In this document: in pieces, positions 22,790 through 33,780 of the stretch
How the letters are laid out: each line of letters opens with the position of its first letter
Position numbering within the stretch: the first letter of the stretch is position 1
IMG/VR virus record: IMGVR_UViG_3300028833_000053
Strand: one strand, 5' to 3'
Origin: a virus
Lineage: Duplodnaviria; Caudoviricetes
DNA: 64,000 bases
The notes under the pieces: model-generated
The model's database searches: none
Seen by the model: only the letters and a program-made list of their open reading frames with translations
What the model was told of the DNA's origin: nothing
Program-made: the position numbers and the translations under genes

Positions 22790-22818
22790 AGTATATCAAA
22801 TCCTGTTCCCATTGTCAA
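22790..22818 (-). promoter_or_regulatory. Sigma70-type promoter before the Nampt-like gene
   Basis: TTGACA-N17-TATACT on the minus strand. Confidence 0.8.
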
Positions 22819-22966
22819 GAGGGGGCAATCCAAGTTCTTGCCGTCTCTTGTTCAAGGCATCTCTGAAGTTGTTCTCTACCTTCTGGTATTTCGCAACTTC
22901 CTTGTCCGTTGCATCACAGTCAATGCAACCATAGTTCGTGAGCAGTTCTTCCTTGTAGTCTCTCAT
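22796..22966 (-). CDS. Small hypothetical protein (56 aa)
   Basis: MRDYKEELLTNYGCIDCDATD...; starts immediately after the prs-like stop. Confidence 0.5.
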   Translation of the reverse strand: MRDYKEELLTNYGCIDCDATDKEVAKYQKVENNFRDALNKRRQELGLPPLDNGNRI

Positions 22967-22967
22967 T

Positions 22968-23795
22968 TCAAAACTCCCTCACAATCTTGATCTTGTGGCT
23001 TGCCACGCCCCGGAAAATCGAGTTGGTGGCGTAGATGGTCTTGATGAGGTCGCCCTGAATCAGCTTGCCCTTCTCCTTGTCCATCACCGAGTTTTCAAGG
23101 TGGGTGACATAGCAGGAGATTTCGTTCGCTCCCAAGTCCTTCAACTTGCAGGCCGAGTAGTAGAAGGTTCCGCCATAGGCGCAGATGTCATCCACCATCA
23201 GAATGTTCTTGCCCTTCACTTCGTCATAGCCCGCAAGTTCAATCCCCTCAATCTTGCCAGTTTTCCAATCGCGCTTCTTGATGCCAAACGCAACTGGAAG
23301 CCCAAGGTCTTTGAGAATTTCGCTATACCGCTTGCAGGCTCCCTCGTCCGGGAAGAAGAGAACGTCAATCTTGCTCAGCGAGGTCTGGAGGATGCGCTTG
23401 ACATCTCCATATACGCATTCAAAGTCCACATACACCCGGTCAAACAACGCCTCGCTGACCGTGCTATGGGGATTGGAAATGCGAACCTCCTCAAACCCAA
23501 GCCAGTTGATTGTGTCGGCAAACGCCTTGAGAGTGAACACCTCGTCAGAGTTCTTCACCCTGTCCATCCGTGCGTTGGGGACATAGGGAAGGTTCAGCCA
23601 GACCTTGCATCCCTTGTTCTTGAGATGCTTCGTGAGCGCAATCAATTGGAACAGCTCTTCGTCATTGTCATAGAGCCAGGTGATGGTGTACTCTTCGCGC
23701 CTCGGGTCAAACTTCAGAAGTTTCGTCCCATCGGGGAACGCCGTGGGCTTCAGAATCTCCTCTTCAGGAGCAATGTTGCTGTCAATTCTAATCAT
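22968..23795 (-). CDS. Ribose-phosphate pyrophosphokinase family protein (Adps-like)
   Basis: FPDG, PYVPNARMDR, NPHS, FPDEGA, KKRDWKTG, VDDICAYGGTF; phage-type Prs next to a Nampt-like gene. Confidence 0.88.
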   Translation of the reverse strand: MIRIDSNIAPEEEILKPTAFPDGTKLLKFDPRREEYTITWLYDNDEELFQLIALTKHLKNKGCKVWLNLPYVPNARMDRVKNSDEVFTLKAFADTINWLGFEEVRISNPHSTVSEALFDRVYVDFECVYGDVKRILQTSLSKIDVLFFPDEGACKRYSEILKDLGLPVAFGIKKRDWKTGKIEGIELAGYDEVKGKNILMVDDICAYGGTFYYSACKLKDLGANEISCYVTHLENSVMDKEKGKLIQGDLIKTIYATNSIFRGVASHKIKIVREF

Positions 23796-23827
23796 AGGGT
23801 TTTTGCCTTTCTTGGGTTGATGGCAAC

Positions 23828-23856
23828 AGTATATCATATCAGATTCCCGTTGTCAA
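23828..23856 (-). promoter_or_regulatory. Sigma70-type promoter before the prs-like gene
   Basis: TTGACA-N17-TATACT on the minus strand. Confidence 0.8.
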
Positions 23857-23874
23857 TAGCCCTTGATAACATAG

Positions 23875-24429
23875 TCAAATTACATCAATCTGGCACATTT
23901 TCATGGTCAGAAGGGCGGCTTTGTTGCTTTCGGGGGTCACTCCTGCCACGCAGTCCTTGCGTACCGTGATTTTGCTGTTGGGAAAGTTGGCGCGTAGCAT
24001 AAGGGCGTTTGAGACAACGCAGATGTCTGTGCAGAATCCAACGATTGTGAATTCATAGTCGGTCTCAAAGGTGGTGATGCCATTCCACTGGCAGTTTGCT
24101 TTTATGTGGTCGATGAGCCAGGTTGAGCCAAATGTAGGCTTCTCGAAGATTTCGGCCTTTGCCTTGCGGAGAAGTGTTTCAACCTCTTCGGGTATTTTCC
24201 ATCCATGGGTGCAGTAAATGCAATGTTCAACTGGAAGTTTCTGCCCCTCAAGGGTTTTCAGATAGTCCTTGCCGTGGGTGTCCATCGTAACATAGGTTTC
24301 ATTGTACTTCTCAGTCTTGAGCAGTTTGACGATGTTGGGCAATGCCTTGATTGCCTCTTCGTTGCGCAATGCGCCTGTGATGAAGTCGTTTTGGACATCT
24401 ATCACAATCAGTATCTTCTTCGTAGCCAT
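23875..24429 (-). CDS. pncA: Nicotinamidase (isochorismatase family)
   Basis: IDVQNDF, DTH, HC...GW, KPTFGS, GFCTDICV catalytic motifs; NAD-salvage context. Confidence 0.85.
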   Translation of the reverse strand: MATKKILIVIDVQNDFITGALRNEEAIKALPNIVKLLKTEKYNETYVTMDTHGKDYLKTLEGQKLPVEHCIYCTHGWKIPEEVETLLRKAKAEIFEKPTFGSTWLIDHIKANCQWNGITTFETDYEFTIVGFCTDICVVSNALMLRANFPNSKITVRKDCVAGVTPESNKAALLTMKMCQIDVI

Positions 24430-24498
24430 TCTGGAAATTCCTCCATTGTTCTGGTTTTAGGTTTGCCCACGCAATCCCGCATGGGTTGTTCACCATCA

Positions 24499-24527
24499 AT
24501 TATACCAAATCTCCGGGAAAATGTAAA
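24499..24527 (-). promoter_or_regulatory. Sigma70-type promoter before pncA
   Basis: TTTACA-N17-TATAAT on the minus strand. Confidence 0.7.
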
Positions 24528-24542
24528 GGGGGTCTGACAGAC

Positions 24543-24574
24543 AAAAAACCACACCCTTTCGGATGTGGTTTCTT
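24543..24574 (-). terminator. Intrinsic terminator separating late fibre genes from the NAD cluster
   Basis: AAAAAACCACAcc-tttc-ggaTGTGGTTT hairpin. Confidence 0.65.
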
Positions 24575-24608
24575 GCTTCTCTCTCTCCTCACAAAGTGAA
24601 TTGCTGTT

Positions 24609-27600
24609 TCAATTCCTTGGAGTGAACGAGTTTGGACCGGCCTTGGCGTTCCTCTCCAACTGCTCATAACTCAATGCACCATTCCAGATGCGCACCTCGT
24701 CGTAGGTGGCTTTCGCGTCCGAATATCTGGAATTCTGACCATTGTAAGCGTTTTCCTTCGGCTTGAACTGCGGCTCCTTGGAGATGTTGAGGCTGAACGA
24801 AGGGGTCTGGCTTTCAAGATGGGATAGCGTCCAATCCGGCACCGTATGCGTTCCCGAAGCCTCCACTTCGCCTGTCGTCGCGTTGCGCCGCGCGAAATTC
24901 ACCACGGTGCCGCCGTTGCCGTCCGCCTTAAAGGTGAAGGAGAAGTGGTACATCGTACCGACGGCGGCTGGCATGATGTCGCTCTTGCTACTGTAGGACG
25001 TAAGATCACCCTTCTTCACGATGAAGATGTCGTTTCCTTGAGCGTTTTCGTCGCTCCAATAATAGGCAAAGCACTGCTTGCTTTGGCTATAGCCGACATA
25101 GTAGTTATTGGGCGCGCCATACTCGAACATGATCTCCGCAGCAGACAGGGCATTGTTCTTCGCCCAGATTTCAATCGTCGTGTCGCCGCCGTCCGTGAGG
25201 TTCTTGCCTAGATCGACCGATCCCCAGCCCCAAGCTCCCCCCGAGAAATTGACCTGCCCATTTGCAAAAGTGGTTCTATTTCCTCCCCAAACACTCCCGT
25301 TTTCACTCCCGCCGACAGTATCGGTGTAGTCGCCGTTGTTGAAGCTCCAGCGGTGTGCCACTGTAAACCAAGTTGCAGTGCTTGTGACTCCTGCGGAAAT
25401 CAGTTTCTGCTTCACCTATTCAGAATCTCCTCCGTTTGGAAAGATGATGACCGAATTGACGTTGGTGCATCCCAAGAATGCGCTTTCCCCAATGCTTTCC
25501 ACAGAATCAGGTATTCTAATGTCCTTGATCTAAGTGCATCCATTGAAAGCGTATACCCCAATGGTATTCACGCCAGATGGAAGCGCAATTTCTTCAATTT
25601 TGCCGCATCCATCAAATGCGTGGCCTCCAATTGTCGTGAGGTTTCCGGGCATAGTGATTGATGCAAGGTTGGTGCATTCACTGAACACGTTAGTTCCAAT
25701 GTTGGACACCGTGTTTGGAAGGAGGATTTCATTGAGTGTCGGGCACTTGTAGAAAGCCCCATTGTCAAGTCCGGTGACGGCCTCGCCCAATGACACCCTC
25801 GTTATGCCAGGTTCGTTCCATTCACCATCAGTTGATTTCTGAAGTCCCGCATTTTTGGTGTTCTGCTTTGTCACCACGCCACCGAACTCATAGTCTTTCG
25901 TCGTTCCGTCCTGGAACGTTATCTTCGCCTGTGCAGACCAATTTGGTGTTTCGTATGTTATGTCATCTCTTGTGATGAGTACATACGGGATTACATTCAA
26001 GTTGGCAGAAGCCATACCTGATTGTCCACCAGACATAGTGCTAATATAGGCATATGTATCGCCTGTTGTTTGATATTTGAACTTGACGGTCGCTGGGCCG
26101 TTTATGGAAAGTGGATTGTTGCCGTTGATGCTGACAAGGAAGAAGTCGGATTTGCCCAAGCCGTTCCTTATTGCTTTCAAAGTTGTCACTCCCGGTCTGT
26201 TTACTATTACAGTGGTCTCCCCGGATACCTTATTGACCTTTATGTTGTCAATGCTACTGGTATCGCCAGATGGCAATTTGCTTACATCATTGAGTTCAAT
26301 CGTGAACACTGGATTACTGCAATCTTCTCTCACAGTGAAAGTCCTGCTTTCTTTCATGGAGAACACAAGGTTGGTGGTTGTTCCCATGTCAACAACCTAT
26401 GGCGAAAACTCGCGCATTCTCGCTGGCTGGTAGTTGCTCCACGAATAGATGTTCACGTTTTGAGCTGTCCATTGCTGGTTGGTTCTCCATTCGCCATATA
26501 GGGCGTCTGGGACGATGACGTTCACTCTGTGGGAAATCCCGTCAAATGGGTCAAGTGGCATGCCGCCGCCGGTCACAAGTTTCACGATGTTGGTGACACC
26601 ATACCCGTATCCATCGCAGAAGAACAGCTCCTCAAGGTTGACGCAGTTGTGGAAACACCACCTCCATACCTCCTCGCACGATGGAGCGACGACCTTCTTT
26701 AGATGGTTGCAGCTGCTAAACGTGATGCTTCCGAGAATCTTGGCATTTGGCAGTCTAATCTCCTCCATTGAATTGCAGTACGCAAAACCGTCGTTTCTGT
26801 TCTGCGGAAGACCAGCCTGTGCCTTTGTATGATCCACTGAATCCAGATTCACGCGGGAAAGGGCATGACATGAGAAAAACGTCTCGAACCCTATGCTATC
26901 TGCGCTAAATAGGTCAGCATACCCAAGTTGGTTGCATTGCTTGAACGCCCTCTCTCCAATTGTGTTGGCAAGTGGGAAACGCGCCTCCCTGAGCTTCCGA
27001 CAGTACATGAACGCCTCGTTTCCAATTTTCTGTAGGTTCTTCGCGTCAAACTCCTGAAGATTGTGGCAGTTGTACATGGACTGGTACCCGATTGACACAA
27101 GGTTTGGAGCGTAGACCTTCTTGAGGTTTTCGCTTCCATAGAACGCATAGTCTGCGATGTTGGTTGCAGATGGAAGATGGATTTCGGTCAACTGACACAT
27201 TCTAAACATGTTTTTGTCCACATTGAGCATGGACGGAAGTGAAAGCGATGTTACCGAACTGTTATTGAATGGACTGAACCAAAATGTGAATTCGTAGTTC
27301 TTGGCCTCCTCTGGATGTATTTCCACCCAGTCTTCAATACTCGCATCATATCCCCAGGACTAGTTCTGCAAATTTGTCGCAGAGCTGAAATCCACTTTCT
27401 TTACCTTGTAGTCCTGCTCAAGGAGCGCAAATGGCACCGTCTCAAGTTTTGGCAGGAAAATTGAACGAAGATTTTCACACTCATAGAACGCCTATGCGCC
27501 ATCTATGCTGACGAGATTTGGAAAATCCACCACTTCCAGCGAAGTGCAGTCCATAAAATGGTTCCCCTGTGGCGTAACCTCTCCATCGAATAGAACACCT

Positions 27601-28433
27601 CCCATTCTGGTCAGATTTGGCATGTTCACGTATTTCAGAGACCCGTCGTATATGAACGCATTTATGTCAATGTTCTCGACAATTGGGAAATTCGCAATCA
27701 AGAGGTTCGGACACACTCCTAGACCTTGCTACTGGATGTTCGTGACAGTCGGCCCGTCAACTTGAACAAGATTGTCAAACCTAGTAAGTCCACCCACGCC
27801 TATCTGGGTTATGTTGGTTCCAGCGTAGAAACCAACAAGACGCTGGCGGAGGTTTGTCATTGCATATGTCTGTCCATCATGCTCGAACTGGGTGGCCAAG
27901 TTCAGCGCGCCATCTTCCCCAACTGGCATGTCAACCTCCATTCTCGTCCCGTCAGACATGACAAGCACGGACTTCTCAAGCGGCGCCCCTGCCCTAATGT
28001 GTCCAGACGCAAGAATGGCCTTCTTCAACGTCTCCTCGGTGACAGCAGACTTCTTCAGATCGGCTATCGCAGCGAATCCAAACTAGTCGTCGTCAGAAAA
28101 CACTGGCTTCGTCAGGTCGGCATTCATCAGCGTATTGGTTGGAGTGGTAGCACGGACGCGCACTGGCTGCCCAACTGCTCTTGGTTTCAGAAGGTTCCTG
28201 GCTGGATTTTCCTTCTGTATGGAAGTGTCGTCCAAAAGCCTCAACCGATGGGCAGAAACAGTATTCTTGAGTTTTTCAAGGATGCTTTCTGGAATCTCAC
28301 GATGTGGGATATAGCCATCATCAGGCAGTGTTGAATTTTCCACATACTGACTCTGACCCAGTAGTGTAGACGACACTGTGGCCAGCAAAATCCATGCGGC
28401 CAACATGTTTTTCATCATTCTTCTTTTTTTCAT
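24609..28433 (-). CDS. Signal-peptide-bearing BspA-type leucine-rich-repeat protein with C-terminal LamG-like domain (1274 aa, code 15); probable adhesin/receptor-binding protein
   Basis: Seven in-frame TAGs (28083, 27729, 27492, 27360, 26397, 25530, 25416) join six track ORFs; LRR consensus (IGxxAFxxCxxLxxIxxP) continues across TAGs; C-terminal HRWSF...YDEVRIWNGALS. Confidence 0.8.
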
Positions 28434-28502
28434 GGTATTTTGACATATTATTATCGTTTTTTAGAAAATTTTGCAAAAGTTGCGTGTGTCATTTAGTTGC
28501 AA

Positions 28503-30089
28503 TCATGAACCACGCTTGAACGCGGAAAGAAACTCTATCATCGCGTCCTTGATTTCCGGGATACTGGACGCGGCTTCAATCTTCTTCGTGGCATTGGTCG
28601 CAGCAGCCTCCGCTCCAGGTATTTCCCACAAGTTGTGGGTGTGTCCTTCCAACGAAACCTGCTTGCCGTTGACGGTCAAGTTGGTCACTTCCATCGTGTT
28701 GAACTGTATGCCCTCTTGAAGGTCAGCCATTCTGACGAATTCGTTTGTGATTGTGGAATACAACGAGTTTGTCGCTGAACTTACGTCTGATTTCACTGCC
28801 ACCCGCTCTCCGTTCACCGTGAGGTTCGTTGCTTCCATGTTGTCAAACGTGATTCCAGCTTGCAAGTCCTCCATCTTGACAAATTCGTTTGTCATTGTCT
28901 GGTAGAGCTTGTTGGTTGCGGAATCCACGTCCTTCAACCTTGCAACGCCGTTGGTGGAATCGTTGAACTCATACGTCTCATCACCCAAAACTATCTTGTC
29001 CTGTTTATATTCGGTGATTGGTTCGGGTCCGGGTGTGAGGAATTTTATAGCGTCATGGGTGACTTCAACTTTTCCAAGACCAAACACCCATGATGGATCG
29101 TTGGTGTCGGGTTGTACTTTTATGGAACCGGTTGCGATTCCATTTGTTGCATCCAACTTCGCGGAGATTGCAACGTCAAGCAAGTTGGAAGTTGTGTTCA
29201 AGTCAGTTTTCACGTTGTTAACCTTGTTTGAGACGTATTCCAAATCCTCTTCAACGGTCACAACCCTGTTGGAAAGGCTTTCAATGTTGTCGGTGTTCTC
29301 CGCGTCCTTTGCCTCAAGCCTTGCAATGGTGTTGGTGGTTTCAGTCTCAAACTCTTCAAGTTCCGCGTTTGTGTTGTCAATCCTTGCACCCAACGCGATG
29401 TCCGCGTCATTGAGGCGTTCAAAGTTGTTCGTGACGTAGATTTGGAAGTCGCGCAACGTCATCTTGAAGAACAAAAGGTCTGCCCTGAAACCAGCAACGT
29501 CACGGTTCATTTCATCAATGGTGCTGTTAAAGGCATTGAGGTCTCCACCAAGACGTTCAATTTCCCGGACAGAAGCATCATATCTGGTGCTGAGGTTGTG
29601 TAGGTTTTCCGTGAGAACGTCTATTTTCCCATTCGTGGAAATCTTGAACGTGTTTAGGTCGGTTTGAGTTGGAAGAACGGCCTGTTCAAGCCACCACGCC
29701 AAGGTATGACCCTCAATGTAGATGCTTGATGTTCCATTTTGGAATCTGACAATTTGGTTGCTGAATGTAATGTCTGGACTGCCAATCCATGAAGAGAAGA
29801 ATGGGTCTGTTTCATGGTATGACCCAATGGCATCGTCGAGCCAATACTGCAATGATTTTCCACCAATGAGGAAATAGTCTTTTGTGGTTGTGAAGTCCAG
29901 GGTTTCGTTCGTGAACGTCAAACGTGGCTTCTAAACCCATGCGGTGAACACGTTGTCGCATTCCTGCGTCACCACGTAATCAGTTGTTTTTACCTTGCCC
30001 AAGAGCCTTTGACCGGGTTCAGCCGCGAAGCACATACCCATCAAGGTCATGGCAAGTACAACAATTGTTTTCTTGAATATGCTTTTCAT
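28503..30089 (-). CDS. Fibre-like coiled-coil protein with N-terminal signal peptide (528 aa, code 15)
   Basis: ATG 30089 MKSIFKKTIVVLAMTLMGMCFA-AE; TAG at 29931; heptad region; VNGKQVSLEGHTH motif. Confidence 0.7.
28648..28935 (-). repeat. Tandem 48-aa (144-bp) degenerate repeat
   Basis: DVxSATNxLYxTxTNEFVxMxDLQxGIxFxxMExTNLTVNG occurs twice; boundaries approximate. Confidence 0.75.
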
Positions 30090-30110
30090 TTCATTTCCTC
30101 TTTACTTAAA

Positions 30111-30848
30111 TTAGCCATTGAGCGAGGTCTTTATTGCTCGCAGAAGTTCGTTCACTTTTTCGGCAACCTCTTCCAGGGTTACTCCCGATGGAACATCCAA
30201 CGTATTGACTCCAGCCGCCTGTGCCAACGTTATTTCCTTTATCAGGTCGCGTATGGGCTTGTTGTCAACATAGAGTTCGTTTACACGCGCATTGTTGAGG
30301 CTCAAGTCATCAACTTTCAGGTTGGCGTTTCCGTTTGAGTCAATCGTTCCTTGAATCACGTTGTTTTCGTGATCGGTCAAGGAAACAGACATCATTGAGG
30401 AAAGTTGGACGGGAACAACCTGTACGCCGTTGTAGCTGACGTATACATAGGGTGTGCATTTTGTCCAACCGTTTCCACTGGTTTCCTTCACAACGAGGAA
30501 ATCACCAGGTTTCGGCACTGGAGCCACCGGTCCAGGTGGCAATGGTTCAAGGGGTCTTACTTGACCGTCCACGCTGCTTGACACCCACACCCTTGCCCCT
30601 GCATAGGGAAAGCGGATGTTCACGACTTTCTTTCCATACTCATCCAGTGTTGTCTTCTATATAACGTCATTTACCTTTACGTCCTGTACGAAAATGTTTC
30701 TGACATCTTCCGCTTTGTCAGTTGCATTGTTCACGGACATAAGCTTTCCGGTGAATTCGTTTTTCTGGTTCGTGAACTTGACCTGTTCATCTGATTCACG
30801 CTCAAGATCCACCGAAATGTAGTTTCTTGGTTGTTTTTGCTCTGCCAT
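30111..30848 (-). CDS. Hypothetical late (fibre-associated) protein, 245 aa, code 15
   Basis: Late promoter at 30898; ATG 30848; TAG at 30657 joins two track ORFs. Confidence 0.65.
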
Positions 30849-30990
30849 GTTGTTTTCCTCAATCTTGTAATGCTTGGAACATGTATTGACTTGTATGTAT
30901 TTACAAAAGATGGGGCTAAATACAACATAACTAATGGGTGTGCCATAGTGACACACCCACATAAACTTACGTAAATTTGCGTTACGTCAA

Positions 30991-31122
30991 TTAGCGAAAG
31001 TCGCTGACGTGGATTCTGGGACGGTCGGACTTCTCTTCAGGAGTTCCACTTGACAAAAACCACATTGAAACCAATGCGAGTATTCCAAGAATGGCTATTG
31101 CGGCGATGATGACGTTCTTCAT
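30991..31122 (-). CDS. Small membrane protein
   Basis: MKNVIIAAIAILGILALVSMWFL; sigma70-like TTTACA...TATAAT upstream near 31163-31191. Confidence 0.5.
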   Translation of the reverse strand: MKNVIIAAIAILGILALVSMWFLSSGTPEEKSDRPRIHVSDFR

Positions 31123-31163
31123 TTCAATTTGCTTTCTTTGGTGTGTTTGTGTGTGATAGTTCA

Positions 31164-32180
31164 TTATACCCCTTCTTTGGGGTTTTGTAAAGTTGGCTTT
31201 CTGAACACCATCAGTTTTTCGTTGCTTGCCGACATTCCCTATGTCTTGGTGGAATTCGCCCCCGTTCTTCTTGTGACGTGCAAATCCTCTTCGCAAAGGA
31301 ATTCAAGTCCCGTTTCCTTGCAAAGTCTCATGGCATCGTCATACATCTTCAACCGGCCCATGTTCTTTATGTTCAAGATGAACTTGCCACCTGGAATCAG
31401 GTATTCCTTGCAGTTCATTATTGTTGGCCGCATATACCCTTCAAGCCAAGCGTTGTATTCTGGGTACTTTGTTGTGGAAGTGTTGTCACCGTTGTATATC
31501 TCAACGTCAAAGTATGGGGGTGAGGACATGCAAAGCCCGAACTGGTTTTTCCATTCCTCCTGTAGAATCTCGCTGGGTTGGGCGCGGACATCCACTTTCA
31601 AGTCAAATCCCATGGTGGAATTGAAATCCCTTCCACATTCATTCAGTTTTTCCACAAGCCTGGGGTTTGTGTCAACGCCTGTGTAGTCAAGTTTGTTGCA
31701 AAGCGCGGCCAACAATCTGTTTCCCCATCCACAGGCATAGTCAAAGACCTTTCCATTCACGTTGTGGCGTTCGTACAGATGATAAGCCTCCCCAAAGGCG
31801 AACTGGCTTGGAATCCCGAAGTTCTTGAACAACCTTCCAATGTCCCATCCCCATTTCGCAAGGCGTTTGTTCAAGTCGGGGCCGGGTTCAAGGTGCTTGC
31901 CGAAATATCGGAACGTCATTCTCATCAATATGTCATAGGCTTCCTTGCTTTCAACTATGTCATAAAAGGGTCTTCCAGTTTTTACCCTTGCCTTTGTGCG
32001 TTCCTCGAAGAAGTAGTATTTGGAAACAGCCTGCATGGCAACCTTCCCTTCGCGTTTACGTTTTCCGGTAAACAAGTTGCGCATCTCTTCTTGAACTTTC
32101 TCATAGGGTGGCTTCTGGAAAATGCGCTATGTCACGTCTTTCCATTCTTCTTCGCTTCTCTATTCAATTGTTTCAGCCAT
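31164..32180 (-). CDS. Amino-DNA methyltransferase (motif I before SPPY; probably N4-cytosine), code 15
   Basis: DYACGWGNRL, GVDTN, SSPPYFDVEIY; two TAGs near the 5' end and one at 31239, after which NEKLMVFRK completes the typical C-terminal strand. Confidence 0.8.
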
Positions 32181-32238
32181 ATCATATCAATTATACCACA
32201 ATGTTTCATATTTGGAGAATAATGGTAAATAGCAGCGT

Positions 32239-33747
32239 ATGGACAATGAACAGGACATATACTACAACGAGTTTTTTGAGGGAATCCCACAAAATCTTTC
32301 CGGACAGGAACTTCAAGCCTGGTTGGAGGAGAATCGGGACAAGACCTTCAAAGACCTTCCGTTGTTGAAGAAACTCACGAAGCGTGACATTTGGGAGGAC
32401 AAGGCGAAATTCTACTTCTTGCCGTTTCTCATCAACTGCTATAACTTCACGCGACAGCACAAGCTCCCTTATTTTACGTTGATGTGTTCCCCAACGTTCA
32501 TATTCTACCGTGACAGGTTGCATTTGAGAAATTGGATGGACACCATTCACAAGACGTTCTTCAAGTGCCTTGATATGGTCATTCCAAAGGGCGAGAAAAT
32601 AATGCTTCTTGTGGAGAAGAGGTTTCACATAGAGAATCCAATTGCGGGTGGAACGCAACAACTATACAACATGCTTTGGGATTGCGATTTGACGCCCGAT
32701 CCAAAGAAGGTTAGGATACTGGCAGAACAAATACCCACGTTTAATCCAGATATGCCTGTTGAAGGGGGTTTGGACTTGTGTAGAAAGACCCTTTGGCTTG
32801 AGGACGATCTTCTTTTCCTTGGAAAGAAATACACGTTCATTGACCAATATGAGTCCGAGTATGAATATGATTGTGATGAGATTCTTGACCTTTCCAATTT
32901 GCATGAAGATAGGCAACCGATATGGGAGAAAACGGCAAGGCACTTCTATTTCAAGGTGTTTGAACCGAAGGACGCAGGTGAACAGGAAATAATACCACCC
33001 ACACCGGATGAAGAAGATGATCCCGAATATGATGATTTTGACGTTGATTCCAGCCAGTCTGGAATGTTGGACTCCACATTGGACTTTGAGGAGGATGAAA
33101 GTGAAATGAACAAGATAGTAGCATTCTTTGCAAAAATGCCCAAAGTCACAGGACTTGTTCAGGGCATGTTGGATATGATGGCGGCGCTGGCCCGTATATT
33201 GCCGCTTGTTGCCGTGAAGTTGGAGGAAGACCCCAAACTTAAAGACGCTTTGGGAAAAACCGTGAACATCATAAACCTTGGCATTGGCAAGGTTCTCAAG
33301 ATTTGCGCATACCTCGGAATAAAGGTTGAACGCAAGGAGGGGGACGCCGTGAAGCAAATCGTGAAGAACCGATTCAAGAAGGACAAGAAGGAGTTCTTGG
33401 ACTACGAGATTGACGAGTTGAACAAGTCGCTTGACGCATTGGAGAAGGTTGACGATGAACCGGAAAATCCCAAGCCGCCAAAGGGTCAAATACCTTTGGA
33501 CGTGAAGCCAAACCACCTTTATCCGCAGAAGATGCCACTTGGTCCGCATCCACCACATCCAATAGTGGTGCCGCCTGAACCACCACCGGTTCAGGTACCG
33601 CCACCACCTCCACCAAAGCCACCCAAACCGGAGGATGACCCGCCATAGTCAAGCGAGTCTGAATTAAACCCGGAACCCCCACCAATTCCACCCGTGACGC
33701 CGGAACCACCAAACCATCCACCCAAGGACGAAAATGGAATATAGTAA
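32239..33747 (+). CDS. Hypothetical late protein with acidic linker and Pro-rich C-terminus, code 15
   Basis: GTAAATA 32225; Pro-rich tract continues past TAG 33646; ends TAG-TAA. Confidence 0.7.
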
Positions 33748-33780
33748 TGTAAACACATCTAACCAACGAGGAAAATTGAA

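Noticed and set aside
25416-27730. Diversity-generating retroelement targeting the LRR protein
   Set aside because: No reverse transcriptase and no adenine-specific TR/VR repeat pair seen in this window.
24609-28433. Apparent cluster of pseudogenes / fragmented ORFs here and elsewhere
   Set aside because: Every break is an in-frame TAG with no frameshift; explained by code 15.
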